A stretch of 64,000 nt of DNA from Acidobacteriota bacterium (GCA_041946865.1 JBHGBF010000015.1:1371-65370); one strand, 5' to 3'. Shown: positions 26,626 to 37,142, counted from the first letter of the stretch. Numbers and translations: made by a program. Notes: generated by a model from the sequence alone, not told the origin.

Positions 26626-27614
26626 GTCGAATCCCCAGAAAACTCTTTTCGGTATTTCGCCAGGCAATCGTTGCGGTTTCCGCGAAACAGATAAACGCGC
26701 CCGCGAACCTTTTTCGTCTCGCCGCGGGGAAGTGGACCAACCCTGACCGCCAAATGCATGCACTTCCACGGATTATGCCCTTGAGCCGCCAGATAATCCT
26801 CCCACGCGATCCCGGTCACCCATTCGCCATCCTCCGATTCCCGGACGAGCAAGCCGCCAGAACTACCTTGGCGAGATGTCGGCCACTTAGGGCTGAAAAC
26901 GAACTGTCCAAGCGGCGACAACCGGCCGATCACGACGGGCAGCAGCTCGTTTCGAAAGTGGATTTCGCGCGTTCGCAGCGCTTCCAGCCCCTTTGCGCTT
27001 AGGAAGAAGGTGCGGGTTTGTCCGTCGTCGCTGAATCGCCTGCTTCGCAGCGCTGCCGGGCCGGGATTGAAGCACGGAATGACCGCCGCGAGTGGAGGCC
27101 AGTCGTGATCAGAGCGGTTGGTGATGATCAGTCGGACAATCGCGCCGTCTTCGACGGCCTCGAAACGGAACTCGATCCCGTCTGAAGAAACAGTTGCCTC
27201 TTCCTGATTGGCGCTTATCGCTCTGCCCGGCAGGACGGCTCCATGCGTGTGCTCCCCTTTTTCGACCGCATCAAAGAGATTCCACTCGTATAACCACAGG
27301 AACATGTCGAGGCCCGGCTTCTCCCGATGATGCAAACAGACGCCCCCCGCACCCCAGACGCTCTCGTCCGAACCTGGCGGCAGTTCCCAGGTCTGAAAGA
27401 CAAACGGGCTTTCCAAGTCGCCCGCTGCCAGAAAGGCGCAACGAGCAAGGAACAAGAGAAGCACCAAGCGAAAACTCTTGGCTGCCGCCCAAGGAAATTG
27501 GAGGCGTCCCCGGGGAGCGCAGGCGAGACGCCTGCGGCCCCAGGGGGTGCCTCCAATTTCCTTGGGCGGCAGCCAAAAGTTAAATGTCACTTTTGACATT
27601 AAATGCTGCGTCAT
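26604..27614 (-). CDS. hypothetical secreted protein (start uncertain)
   Basis: ATG 27614 overlaps the upstream stop as ATGA. A signal-peptide-like FRLVLLLFLARCAFLAAG appears only after about 47 residues, because a palindromic element occupies codons ~8-47. I do not recognise a family. Confidence 0.5.
   Translation of the reverse strand: MTQHLMSKVTFNFWLPPKEIGGTPWGRRRLACAPRGRLQFPWAAAKSFRLVLLLFLARCAFLAAGDLESPFVFQTWELPPGSDESVWGAGGVCLHHREKPGLDMFLWLYEWNLFDAVEKGEHTHGAVLPGRAISANQEEATVSSDGIEFRFEAVEDGAIVRLIITNRSDHDWPPLAAVIPCFNPGPAALRSRRFSDDGQTRTFFLSAKGLEALRTREIHFRNELLPVVIGRLSPLGQFVFSPKWPTSRQGSSGGLLVRESEDGEWVTGIAWEDYLAAQGHNPWKCMHLAVRVGPLPRGETKKVRGRVYLFRGNRNDCLAKYRKEFSGDSTCLSLQM
27473..27581. repeat. 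near-perfect ~100-nt palindrome related to the 18695-18800 element
   Basis: TTGGCTGCCGCCCAAGGAAATTGGAGGC (27478-27505) pairs perfectly with GCCTCCAATTTCCTTGGGCGGCAGCCAA (27549-27576). The inner part pairs with a few mismatches down to a 3-nt loop at 27526-27528. It shows about 70 percent identity by eye to the 18695 element over a 33-nt stretch (TTTTGGC...AGG.AA...GG.GGC). Confidence 0.85.
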
Positions 27615-29440
27615 TTTGGAGCGTCCAATCGCACCGTCACGCTGGTTGGGCCTCGGTAGACGGGCAAATCCACCAGCCGGTCTTTGATCTCGCCCGCCTC
27701 TTCGGTGAATACATGGAACTTGGTCGGCATGTCAGTAAAGCCGCGCCAGTCGACACGGAGCGTTTGGTTCGCGGCGTCCCAGGAAGCGGCAGTCAGGTCG
27801 CCCGTCCGTATGTTCTTGCCGTACTGGTTCAGCTGGTCGAAGCTGCAAGGGATGAGGTCGTGAAACTTGCGAAGATTGCTCATTACGCCTTCAAACGCGC
27901 GGTCCAGTTGACCGGCGCCCCCCTCCAGCAGCCCGATATTCAGCTCGTGAGTGAAAAAGAAGGCGGGCCCCATGCTGTCCAGCGCCAGCCTCAGCATGTC
28001 GGTCCCGTCAATCACCAGCCCCTCAACCTTCCGGCTCTCTTCGTAACCGGGCGCACGCGACGGCCTGAGCCAGTCGGCCTTGATCGAGCTGACGTGGCTC
28101 GTCGTGCAGAAGATTGACGGGTCTTTTTCAACCCAATCCATGATCATCCCGGACCGGTACGCGAAGTTGCCGTCTCCGTACGACGTGAAAGAGATATCGA
28201 AATAGCCGGCTCGCTGGTAGAGTTCATAGGGCCAGAAGTGGTACTCGCTGCCATTAGGCAGTGTGGCGGGGCTGATCGCGTCAAACACCACGCCCATCGC
28301 TCTGAGATAAGGAAGAACATTGGTGGCCATTGGGACGTAGTGCGCGGTGGCGGTCCGCGCATGCTGAATCCGGTGCTTGCCGTAGAAGGCCTCCAGTTCC
28401 TCGAAATTCCGTTTCAGCACATCGTCGCTGAACGGCCTGCCCCGATTGAAGTCGTTGAAGTCAAAATCCCAGAAAAAGAAACCGGTAAAGCCGGTGCGCC
28501 GCCTGGCATGGATAAACGCCTCGGCTTTTCCCTTTCGCGTGTATTCCCCGAGCTTGCCGGCGGCGCCCGGCGGTGTGTCGTCCATCATGAAGGCGATGTG
28601 CGGGACAATACCGTGCTTGTTGATCGTGTCGACATAGGCGAAATCCATGTCGAGGCCGACACAATCGTCAATTCGCATGCTGACCTGCGGAATGTTGCCC
28701 TGAAACACGAACGGCTTGCGTGCCGCCCAGACGAGCGAACGCCACACGATGTCGTCCAACCCGTTGTAAAAGCCGAGGACGTTCGGATCAAGCCAGCGGT
28801 AAGTGGTCCATTGCACAATGCGTCCCTGGCCGTGAGCTCCGGAGATCACCAGGGGATTCGAGCCGATCTTCACCAGGACTTTGGCGTGGCCGCCTAGACC
28901 GGATACGCCCGGGACCTGGAACTTGACGCGTCGCGCCGGAACTGTCTTCAGAGCCGGACGGTCGGCCTTGTATGCGGTAATGAAGTGGCGCACGTCGGCA
29001 GGTTCAATGGTCACCGCCTCGTCCACGGTCAGCGGTTCTCCGTGCCGGAGCGCTAGCAATTCACTGCCGATATGGCGTCCGATTTTGGGAAACAAGGCCG
29101 TGTCGAACAGGAAGAGGCCCCCGCCCGCATGTACATATCCGGCGATTCGCTCAAGCTCTCTGTCGCTGAGCGGCTCGAGACTGCCGTCATGCCCCGCGAC
29201 CAGGAGCGCCGCCTGTTCCCACCCCTCGGGCAGTTTGCCTTGCGCAGTATCCACGACCGTGTAAGGCAGATCAAAAAAATCCAGGTAAAGCTTCAAAAAA
29301 CGGTCAAAATCGCCTCTAGCGACAGAGCTCGAGTTGACGAGAATGACGGCGCCGGCATTCCGCTCCTCTGTCGAGCGAGCGGCCAGGGCGAGACTTGACA
29401 CGAAGAGTGCACCAGCAACGAGGAACAGCGTTCGATTCAT
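27611..29440 (-). CDS. hypothetical secreted protein (possible deacetylase-like / GATase-like domains)
   Basis: MNRTLFLVAGALFVSSLALAA signal peptide, with ATG 29440 preceded by GGGAGG. The N-terminal VILVNSS...LLVAGHDG...GGGLFLFD block resembles class I glutamine-amidotransferase-like folds. QVSMRIDDCVG resembles NodB/DUF2334-like deacetylase starts. Both domain guesses are weak. Confidence 0.55.
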   Translation of the reverse strand: MNRTLFLVAGALFVSSLALAARSTEERNAGAVILVNSSSVARGDFDRFLKLYLDFFDLPYTVVDTAQGKLPEGWEQAALLVAGHDGSLEPLSDRELERIAGYVHAGGGLFLFDTALFPKIGRHIGSELLALRHGEPLTVDEAVTIEPADVRHFITAYKADRPALKTVPARRVKFQVPGVSGLGGHAKVLVKIGSNPLVISGAHGQGRIVQWTTYRWLDPNVLGFYNGLDDIVWRSLVWAARKPFVFQGNIPQVSMRIDDCVGLDMDFAYVDTINKHGIVPHIAFMMDDTPPGAAGKLGEYTRKGKAEAFIHARRRTGFTGFFFWDFDFNDFNRGRPFSDDVLKRNFEELEAFYGKHRIQHARTATAHYVPMATNVLPYLRAMGVVFDAISPATLPNGSEYHFWPYELYQRAGYFDISFTSYGDGNFAYRSGMIMDWVEKDPSIFCTTSHVSSIKADWLRPSRAPGYEESRKVEGLVIDGTDMLRLALDSMGPAFFFTHELNIGLLEGGAGQLDRAFEGVMSNLRKFHDLIPCSFDQLNQYGKNIRTGDLTAASWDAANQTLRVDWRGFTDMPTKFHVFTEEAGEIKDRLVDLPVYRGPTSVTVRLDAPK

Positions 29441-29617
29441 CTCACGCCTCCCAGGGCTCTGTGGGCTTGCGCTCGGCCGCAGCCCTCTGTTCGGAACCAG
29501 AAATACTCCCGCTAACCGAAGTACGTCAATCGAAAGTTGCAAAAGTGTCGTTAATATCCCTCGGTTTCGTCTTTCGCGTGGATTTTTTCTACTAACATTG
29601 CTATTAATACTTCCGGA

Positions 29618-32600
29618 ATGAGAAACCGATTCGTGTCGTTTCTCTTGGCCACAGTGGCCGGTTGCATGGCAGCCGGCTGCCTAGCCGCCTCGGCCCGCGC
29701 CCAGCCTCAGACGAGCCCCTACCGTTATCACCAGGACTTCACCGTCACCGAGACTGCGGGAGTTCCTCGGTCCGGACAACCAGTCCTCTTCAGGCTTAAG
29801 ACAACGGTAGACAGCCCGGAACTGGGGACCTTTATGCTCTGGGACCGGACCAATCGGCGCCAGGTGCCTGCCCAGCTGACAGTCCGGGCGGACACAGGTG
29901 CCGAGCTCCTTTTCGTGGCGAATCAGCCAGCTCACAGGACGGTCGATTATCGACTTTACTACGGAGGTCCGAAATCTGATCCTGTCAAGTCGGAGAGAAT
30001 CAAGGTCTGCGGCGAGGACTTGGCCTGGCAGGTAGAAAACGAGCACTTTGTGGTCGACTTCAGCAGGAACCCGGGAACCGGGCGCAGCGGACAGATCAAC
30101 CGGATCTTTGTCAAGCGGCCGGGCCTCTGGTTGTCGCGCGAACGGGATCAGTCGACCCTCCACCTGTCACCCAACGGCGCCGGTCGCCAGCACTACCTTC
30201 CGGTCAACCGGTGGGACCCGCCTGAAAGGTGGACTTGGACCACGGGGCCGGTCAGCTTCCGGCTGGAACGCTCCGGCCCCATGCCCCGGCTGCCCGAGTT
30301 GCGGGCCCAGATCATGTACGAGGTCTTCGCCGACTCCCGGTTGATCCTCGTAGAAGAGAAGGTCGAAGCCCGGAACGCTGTTGACCTGACGCTTCTTCGG
30401 CTTGGCGAATTCACGTTTGCGCCCGACCCCAAGACTCCTTTCACGAACCTGATCTGGGGGAATGCCGGCCGAGCTTTCGAAGCCGGCCGGAATGAGAAGC
30501 CGGATCTGCCGGTGGATGTCGCCTGGCTCGGTTTTGTATGCCGACCGGGCGACTACGGCTTCGTTTCCGTGCTGGACCAACTCGAGACGTCCGGACCGAC
30601 CGGCGGCCCGGCGCCGCTAATGAATCCAGTCGCGCGTTTCTCCGGAAACCCCGCCCACTATTTCTGGCGGGCCTTCATCACGAATGATTCCGGGGAGCAG
30701 GGACCGGCGCTCTCAGTCGCTGCCGGAACCCGCTATCGTCTGAAGCACTGGTTGTACTGGCTTGAGCCAGGCGATCCCGATCCGCTGAAAGCGCTCTGTG
30801 ATGTGTGGAAGGCGATAAAGAACCCCTTGCAGGCGGCGGAGGGTCCTGCGAGATCCAACAGAGCCGCAAGCGGAGCGTTTTCCGCGAAGCGCGCCGGATC
30901 CGTGCCGACGGTAAGACCGCAGGGTAGTAATAATCCAAAACCGACGCGCGTGCGTCCGCTGACGCCCGCAAAAGACGCTGCGCTTGCGGCTCTGTTGGAT
31001 CTGGAAGCCCGCTCGGGCGTGGACAAAACCCTCCGGGCACTTCATTGGCTTGGCCGCGACTTTTCGTTTCTCTTCCCCGGCGAGGATGGTGCGAAACTCA
31101 GAGCCGTAGCTCGTGAGCTGGAACTGGCAGCAAACCTGCTTGGCCAACCAAGAATCCAGGAGCTGCTTGGCAAGGCGGAGAACGTCCTGAAGAGGTACAA
31201 GTTCGCCAGGCCGATCGATCTGTCCGGCGTCGGTCACGCCGTCTCACAAACAGTCGAAGTGAACCTGGGCTGTGGCCCCAGCCCGGTCGTTCTCGAGATC
31301 AACTCTCCCGGCTTCGCGACCGACATCACATCCCGAGAGGTGACGCTAGCACCGGCATCCAGTCAAACCCAGCTAATCGATCTCGAACCGGCCGGGCGGA
31401 TTTGGCTCGTCCTTCGCGTTTCCGGCCGGCCAGAAGGTGGAGAAAGCAGACGGCTCCGACTGGCAGTGGGTGGGGAGGCGGCGGTCGTGTTGCTTCGCTC
31501 CAATCAAACGCCGTTGTCGACGACCCGGGTTCTCTTCAATGACGCCGCCACAAATCGAAAAATACCGGTGGCAGTGCGACTCTACGACGGCAGTGGGCGG
31601 CTCATCCTGCCTCCAGGTGCCCTGGATTTTCGAAAGCTGGGGTATCTCTCGAGGAGGGGCGTCCGGTGCACTACGCCGACTGGAGCTCAGCCAGTGTGCG
31701 GTCCCTGGACCCACATTTCGGCTCTTCGTTTTTCCGGAGCCGCCCGATCCCTGATTCGGCCTGTTTCTATGTCAATGGAGAGCTGACGGTCCGGGTGCCG
31801 CCCGGAACTTACAGGTTGACGGCCACCCGCGGACTCGAGTACAAGCCCTCAGTACTCGTCATGAGCATTTTGCCCGGGCACTCCTTTCGGAGCAGCGTCA
31901 GAATGGATCGTTGGACAGATATGAGGGCACTCGGCTGGTACTCCGGGGACGGTCATGTGCACGCCGAAAGAGCCACGCGGGAGATCAACGGTTTGGTTGC
32001 CACCTGGGCAGCCGCAGAAGACCTGGACTTGTGCAATGTCCTCATGATGGGGGACGAGGAACGAACCTATTACCGGCAGTACGCATTTGGATCGACTGGC
32101 CGGTACTTCAACCGAGAGACGGCGCTGGCGGCGGGGCAAGAAGAGCCGCGGACCGCGGATCTGGGCCACACTCTCCACCTGAACACCGAGTCCCCAGTCC
32201 GTTTTCCAGATCGATATGCCGACTACCCGGACGTCTTCCTGGCGACCCGGAGCCAGGGAGCGCTCACTGGCTTGGCGCATGTGGGACGCCGGCACTGGTC
32301 GTTTCACGCGGAGCGCGGCCTCGCACTGCTGGCGCCCCTCGGGCTGGTCGATTTTGCCGAGATCGGGCAGATGGGCTATATAGGCGTGCAACGTTGGTTC
32401 GATTTTCTGAATCTCGGCTTTCGCCTGACCGCCATGGCCGGTAGCGACGTCCCGTGGGGAGGGACAGTGGGCAACACCAGGGTGTACGCGTATACCGGAT
32501 TGCCCTTCTCACCCGAAGCCTGGCTGGAGGCAGTCCGGCAGGGCCGGACTTTCGTGACGACCGGTCCGATGCTGCAGTTCGGCGTCGACAAGGGGCTTTC

Positions 32601-33030
32601 GGGATCGCTGCTGCGATTAGATCGAGGCCAGAGGATCCAGGTGTCAGCCCGAACCTGGGGCTGGGGACCGCATGTGCCGCAGATGCTCGAGGTCATCGTA
32701 TCAGGAGAGACGATGAACAGGGCCACGAGGCAAGAAGGCCAGGACTCTGTGACGGTCGACGTCGAATTTCCGGCCGACCGCAGTCTCTGGGTGACTGCGC
32801 TCGTTCGGACTGCACCGGCTGACGCAACCAGTTCTCCTGAGTTTTTTGAAGGTGCCGTCGCAACTCCGGTTTATGTTGAAGTGGCGGGAGAACGCTGGAC
32901 GAATCGTGGTTCGGCGGCAAAGCTCGCGGCCGAACGATTGAGTGATCTGGTCGCCATCGAGGAAGCTCTGGGCGAGAATCGCACGGAGTCGATGCGTGAA
33001 GCGATACAAAAAGCGCGGCCGTTACTATAA
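29618..33030 (+). pseudogene. CehA/McbA-like metallohydrolase with large N-terminal domain, split by a frameshift near 31620-31680
   Basis: ORF 29618..31786 (signal peptide MRNRFVSFLLATVAGCMAAGCLAASARA) ends inside a beta-sandwich (VAVRLYDGSGRLILPPGALDFR). ORF 31666..33030 continues that sandwich in another frame (FYVNGELTVRVPPGTYRLTATRGLEYKP) and then has WYSGDGHVHAE. The paralog 24028..26625 has the same layout in a single frame. Confidence 0.65.
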
Positions 33031-33148
33031 GAATCTTGCAGGGGGAAGGCGTGGTAAGCCGATTCCAGTTTGGAGTGCGGCGTCGCCGCCAGCTGCACGC
33101 CTAATTAAGAACCGCCCTTGGCCCGGGATTGATGCAGGAGGAAACTTG

Positions 33149-34774
33149 ATGTCCGAATCGAACTACACGATTACACAGCACTTCATACCTGGCCCTGCCT
33201 TCCGAGCCATGCTCTTCTTCCTTCGCGCTGCGGTCGGTTGGCACCTTCTGTACGAGGGCCTGGGCAAGATGTTCACTCCCCACTGGTCGTCTGTCAGCTA
33301 CTTGAAGGAATCCTACTGGATCTTCGGCTCGATCTTCCGATGGCTGGCCTCAAGCCCTTCCCGCCTGGCCGTCGTCGATTTTCTGAACGAATGGGGACTG
33401 ACGCTCCTGGGTCTCGCCCTCCTGGTCGGGTGCTTTACCCGCACGGCCGCGATGCTCGGCGCCGTCCTGCTCGGCCTCTATTATCTGGCCCAGCCTCCAT
33501 TGATCGGCTTCGAATCAAGTCTGGCCGAAGGCAGCTATCTTCTCGTCAACAAGAACCTCATCGAGATCCTGGTTCTGGGCCTGTTTGTGTTGGTTCCGTC
33601 CGGAAGTCTCTGGGGAATTGACCGGCTTCTGCGGCGTCTGCGGGCGGCCATAAAAGGGACCGGCGTGGCGCAAGGCGCTCCTCAACTTGCTCTCGATGAG
33701 AGCCATCCGGTGCGCCTCTCACCCCGATCGCTTCTGGAGCGCCGTGAATTGGTCAAATCCCTCGCGGCCCTGCCCCTTCTTGGCGTTTTCGTATTGCAGG
33801 TGCTCAAGAAGAGAAGCTACGAAGAGGAGCAACTGAAGCGATTTCGAGGAGTGGATGCCGTCACGTCGCCAACCCGGAAGATCCTCCGTTTCGCGGACCT
33901 GAAGGACCTGAAGGGGCAGGTCCCGAAAGGCTACATCGGCAACCAGGAGCTGAGCCGCCTGATCTGCGGCGGCAACCTGGTCGCCGGCTTTGCCCACGCG
34001 CGCGACCTGATTTACGTTTCACCGCTCCTGAAGACCTACTTCACCGACGACAAGGTAATAGAAACCTTGCGGTTATGCGAAGCGAGCGGGATAGATACCG
34101 CGATACTGCGAACCGACGAGAACACCATTCGGATCCTCGACAAGTACTGGAAAAGAGGGGGAACCATCAAGTGGTTGGCGCAGGTCTACCCGAAGCAGGG
34201 GGATCTGACCGGAAACGCGCAGAAGGCGATCGACCACGGTGCGATCGGCGCGCTCGTCCAGGGCGGAATTGCCGACAAGTTCATCATGGACAATCATTGG
34301 GACTGGCTTGAGAAGGCGGTGGCGCATATCAAGAGGAACCGTGTGCTGGCCGGTGTGGCCGCGCACTCTCTGCAGGTCCCGATCATTTGCGAGCGTAACG
34401 GGCTCGATCTGGACTTCTACATGAAGACGCTCCACAACGATGACTACTGGTCGGCACACCCGCGCGAAAACCGGCCCGAGTTCTCGATCATCGGTGAGGC
34501 CCAGCGCGACCACAACCAGTACCACGACAACATGTGGTGCCTGGACCCCGGAGAGACCGTCGCTTTCATGGCAACTGTAAAGAAGCCGTGGATCGCGTAC
34601 AAGATCCTGGCTGCCGGGGCCATCCCGCCCAAGGACGGGTTCAGGTACGCCTTCGAGAACGGGGCCGACTTTGCCTGTGTCGGCATGTTTGATTTTCAGG
34701 TGGTGGAGAACGCGAATATTGCTGTCGAAGTGCTTTCTCCAACACTAAAGCGGAGCCGCGCCTGGTTCGCCTAA
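33149..34774 (+). CDS. DoxX-like membrane domain fused to a ~350-aa domain of unknown function
   Basis: ATG 33149 is preceded by GCAGGAGG. The N-terminal ~170 aa has 4 TM segments (LFFLRAAVGWHLLYEGLGKMF, WGLTLLGLALLVGCFTRTAAMLGAVLLGLYY), typical of DoxX. The C-terminal soluble domain was not recognised. Confidence 0.6.
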   Translation: MSESNYTITQHFIPGPAFRAMLFFLRAAVGWHLLYEGLGKMFTPHWSSVSYLKESYWIFGSIFRWLASSPSRLAVVDFLNEWGLTLLGLALLVGCFTRTAAMLGAVLLGLYYLAQPPLIGFESSLAEGSYLLVNKNLIEILVLGLFVLVPSGSLWGIDRLLRRLRAAIKGTGVAQGAPQLALDESHPVRLSPRSLLERRELVKSLAALPLLGVFVLQVLKKRSYEEEQLKRFRGVDAVTSPTRKILRFADLKDLKGQVPKGYIGNQELSRLICGGNLVAGFAHARDLIYVSPLLKTYFTDDKVIETLRLCEASGIDTAILRTDENTIRILDKYWKRGGTIKWLAQVYPKQGDLTGNAQKAIDHGAIGALVQGGIADKFIMDNHWDWLEKAVAHIKRNRVLAGVAAHSLQVPIICERNGLDLDFYMKTLHNDDYWSAHPRENRPEFSIIGEAQRDHNQYHDNMWCLDPGETVAFMATVKKPWIAYKILAAGAIPPKDGFRYAFENGADFACVGMFDFQVVENANIAVEVLSPTLKRSRAWFA

Positions 34775-34799
34775 GCGAGCCGGTCGCCCAGAAAAGGAC

Positions 34800-37142
34800 A
34801 TGAAGCGAATCCTGATGGCGGTTCTCACGACCCTCATGGTTGTTGGCTTCGTTTTCGGCGACGGGGACGCGCTTGAGATCTTCCCGATACCTCAACAGAT
34901 GGAGCCGCGGAACACGCGGCTGGCGATCAATTCGAGTGTCGAGATTCTGGTCCCGGAAGCGACGAAAGAACACGACCTTTTTCTGACTCGAATTCTCGCC
35001 GCTGATCTGACCGATCGCTTCCGAGCGCCAATCACGGTGCGAGCGGCCGCCCAGCTGCCCGAAAAGGGCTCCTTTATCCTCCTCGGCTCGGTTGATAATC
35101 CCCTCGTCAGGCGAATGTTGCAGCGCCTCGGTCTGACCGGAACAAGCGCAGCGGAGGGGTACGTGCTCAGCACGGACCAGCAAGTCGCCCTCGTTGCCGG
35201 CCGCGACGACGCGGGGGCCTTTTACGGGCTCCAGTCGCTGCGTCAGCTGATCCGGCGCGACGCAGGAGGAACATATGTCCCCGGAGTCCGGATCGTCGAC
35301 TTTCCTCACAAGCCCTTCCGCGGCGTCAAATTGTTCCTCCCGGGTCGTGACCATATCCCTTTCTTCAAGAGGTTCGTAAGCGATTTCATGGCGCTCCACA
35401 AATACAACAAGCTGGTCCTGGAGATGAACGCGGGGATGAGGATCGAGCGACACCCGGAGTTGAATGAAGGCTGGATCGAGCTGGCCCGCAATCTCAACGA
35501 TACGCGGCGGGATCGACCGCTCGGCCCTGGCGCCCAGTACCAGAACTCGGTTCATCACGATACCGCGGACGGAGGAGTGCTGGAACAGGAAGAGGTGGCG
35601 GACATTGTTCGATACGCCGAGCAGCATCATATCGAGGTCATACCCGAAATTCCGTCACTGACACACAGCTATTACCTTCTGACCCGGCACCGCGAGCTGG
35701 CCGAAGTCCAGGCAGCCGAGTGGCCCGACACCTACTGCCCACTGAATCCGGACAGTTACACACTCTTGTTCGATGTGATGGATGAGTACATCAAGGTGAT
35801 GCGCCCTCAGATGGTCCATATCGGACATGACGAGTGGCGGATGCCGGTGGACGTCTGTCCCAGGTGCAAGGACAAAGACAAAGGGGAGCTATTCCTGGCG
35901 GACGCCCTCAAAATATACGAATACCTGAAGAGCAAGGGCATTAAGACGGCACTGTGGGGAGACCACCTCGTCGAGGCGGTTCGAGGGAGCAGCCCGGTGC
36001 CTAAGACGAGCCCAACCGGATACAAATACCAGATCCCGGAGGCTCTTTCACCCGAGCAGATCAAACGATTCCCCAAAGACATTCTGGTGTTCAATTGGTT
36101 CTGGGATGATAGATCCGGCCCGGGAACGGAGGGCTGGGGCCGGAGTAATGATCTGGAGGTGCAGCAGATGGGGTTTCAACAGGTTTACGGAAACCTGACC
36201 CGAAACTTCCCCGACTGGTCGGGCAGAAGCAGCCAGCCCAGCGTCCTCGGCGGCGCACCGTCGTGCTGGGCTGCGAGCACGGAGTTCAGCATCGGTAAAG
36301 ATCGCCTCTTCGAGTTCCTCGGTTGCGCCAACATGCTCTGGTCAAGACGCCTGCTCACGCCGGCGGAGCTTTCCGGTACCGTTTCTGCCCGCATGCCGGC
36401 GGTCCGTCGCAATCTGAGCGGTCGCCCCCTGCCGAGCGACGATGATAACGAGATTGCACCACTGAGTATCACAAAGCTCTTCAATCTCGCGTCCAATCAA
36501 CCGGCATTGGGAATCAATCTTAGCGGGCTAAAGATCGGCACGGTAGTGTCGGGAAACAAGGAATTCAAACTGGAAGCACCTCCCGCCCCAGGCCTTCAGC
36601 CGGTGCTTTTGGCCCACCGCAGCGCAAACGATGATGCTGCCGCAATAGCGATAAATGAGGACGCAAACAGCATCTTGTTCCTTCACGCCAGCGCGAAACC
36701 CGCTTCCAACGACTGGGTCGATCGGTACGTCTATAATCCGGAAGACACCGCAGACCTGCTCGGATGGTATGAGGTGGTCTATGAGGACTTACTGGTTCTC
36801 ACTGTGCCCCTTCGATACAGGGTCAACATTCTCGAGTGGAACTGGGACCAGGCCAAGAGCCCGGGCAACTATTGCTACGAGGCTGATCTGGTCAGGTGCG
36901 GGAAAGAGGAAGGAAACCCGGTTACGTTCTTTGCCTTCGAATGGCCGAATCCGAGGCCCGGAAAAGCAATCAAGGAAGTCCGGTTGGGGATGGCCGGACA
37001 ATTTCGAAACACCAGGAACGAGGTGACTGCCGAGAACGGTGTCCTGTTGGCAGCGATCAGTGTCGTGAAGAGGAAACCGACACCTCTAACCCTTCCTCCA
37101 GCCTCGCTGAGAAGGCAGGACGACCTGCCTTCGAATAAGTGA
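34800..37142 (+). CDS. GH20-like beta-N-acetylhexosaminidase family protein
   Basis: Signal peptide present. The N-terminal GH20b-like domain reads EGYVLSTDQQVALVAGRDDAGAFYGLQSLRQLI. Catalytic-domain pattern: DFPHKPFRGVKLF, KYNKLVLEMN, HHIEVIPEIPSLTHS and VHIGHDEW (H-x-G-x-D-E). Confidence 0.7.
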   Translation: MKRILMAVLTTLMVVGFVFGDGDALEIFPIPQQMEPRNTRLAINSSVEILVPEATKEHDLFLTRILAADLTDRFRAPITVRAAAQLPEKGSFILLGSVDNPLVRRMLQRLGLTGTSAAEGYVLSTDQQVALVAGRDDAGAFYGLQSLRQLIRRDAGGTYVPGVRIVDFPHKPFRGVKLFLPGRDHIPFFKRFVSDFMALHKYNKLVLEMNAGMRIERHPELNEGWIELARNLNDTRRDRPLGPGAQYQNSVHHDTADGGVLEQEEVADIVRYAEQHHIEVIPEIPSLTHSYYLLTRHRELAEVQAAEWPDTYCPLNPDSYTLLFDVMDEYIKVMRPQMVHIGHDEWRMPVDVCPRCKDKDKGELFLADALKIYEYLKSKGIKTALWGDHLVEAVRGSSPVPKTSPTGYKYQIPEALSPEQIKRFPKDILVFNWFWDDRSGPGTEGWGRSNDLEVQQMGFQQVYGNLTRNFPDWSGRSSQPSVLGGAPSCWAASTEFSIGKDRLFEFLGCANMLWSRRLLTPAELSGTVSARMPAVRRNLSGRPLPSDDDNEIAPLSITKLFNLASNQPALGINLSGLKIGTVVSGNKEFKLEAPPAPGLQPVLLAHRSANDDAAAIAINEDANSILFLHASAKPASNDWVDRYVYNPEDTADLLGWYEVVYEDLLVLTVPLRYRVNILEWNWDQAKSPGNYCYEADLVRCGKEEGNPVTFFAFEWPNPRPGKAIKEVRLGMAGQFRNTRNEVTAENGVLLAAISVVKRKPTPLTLPPASLRRQDDLPSNK

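Noticed and set aside
34641-35630. 329-aa minus-strand ORF across the DoxX-fusion/GH20 junction
   Set aside because: It lies antisense to two genes with clear motifs and RBSs, and has no features of its own.
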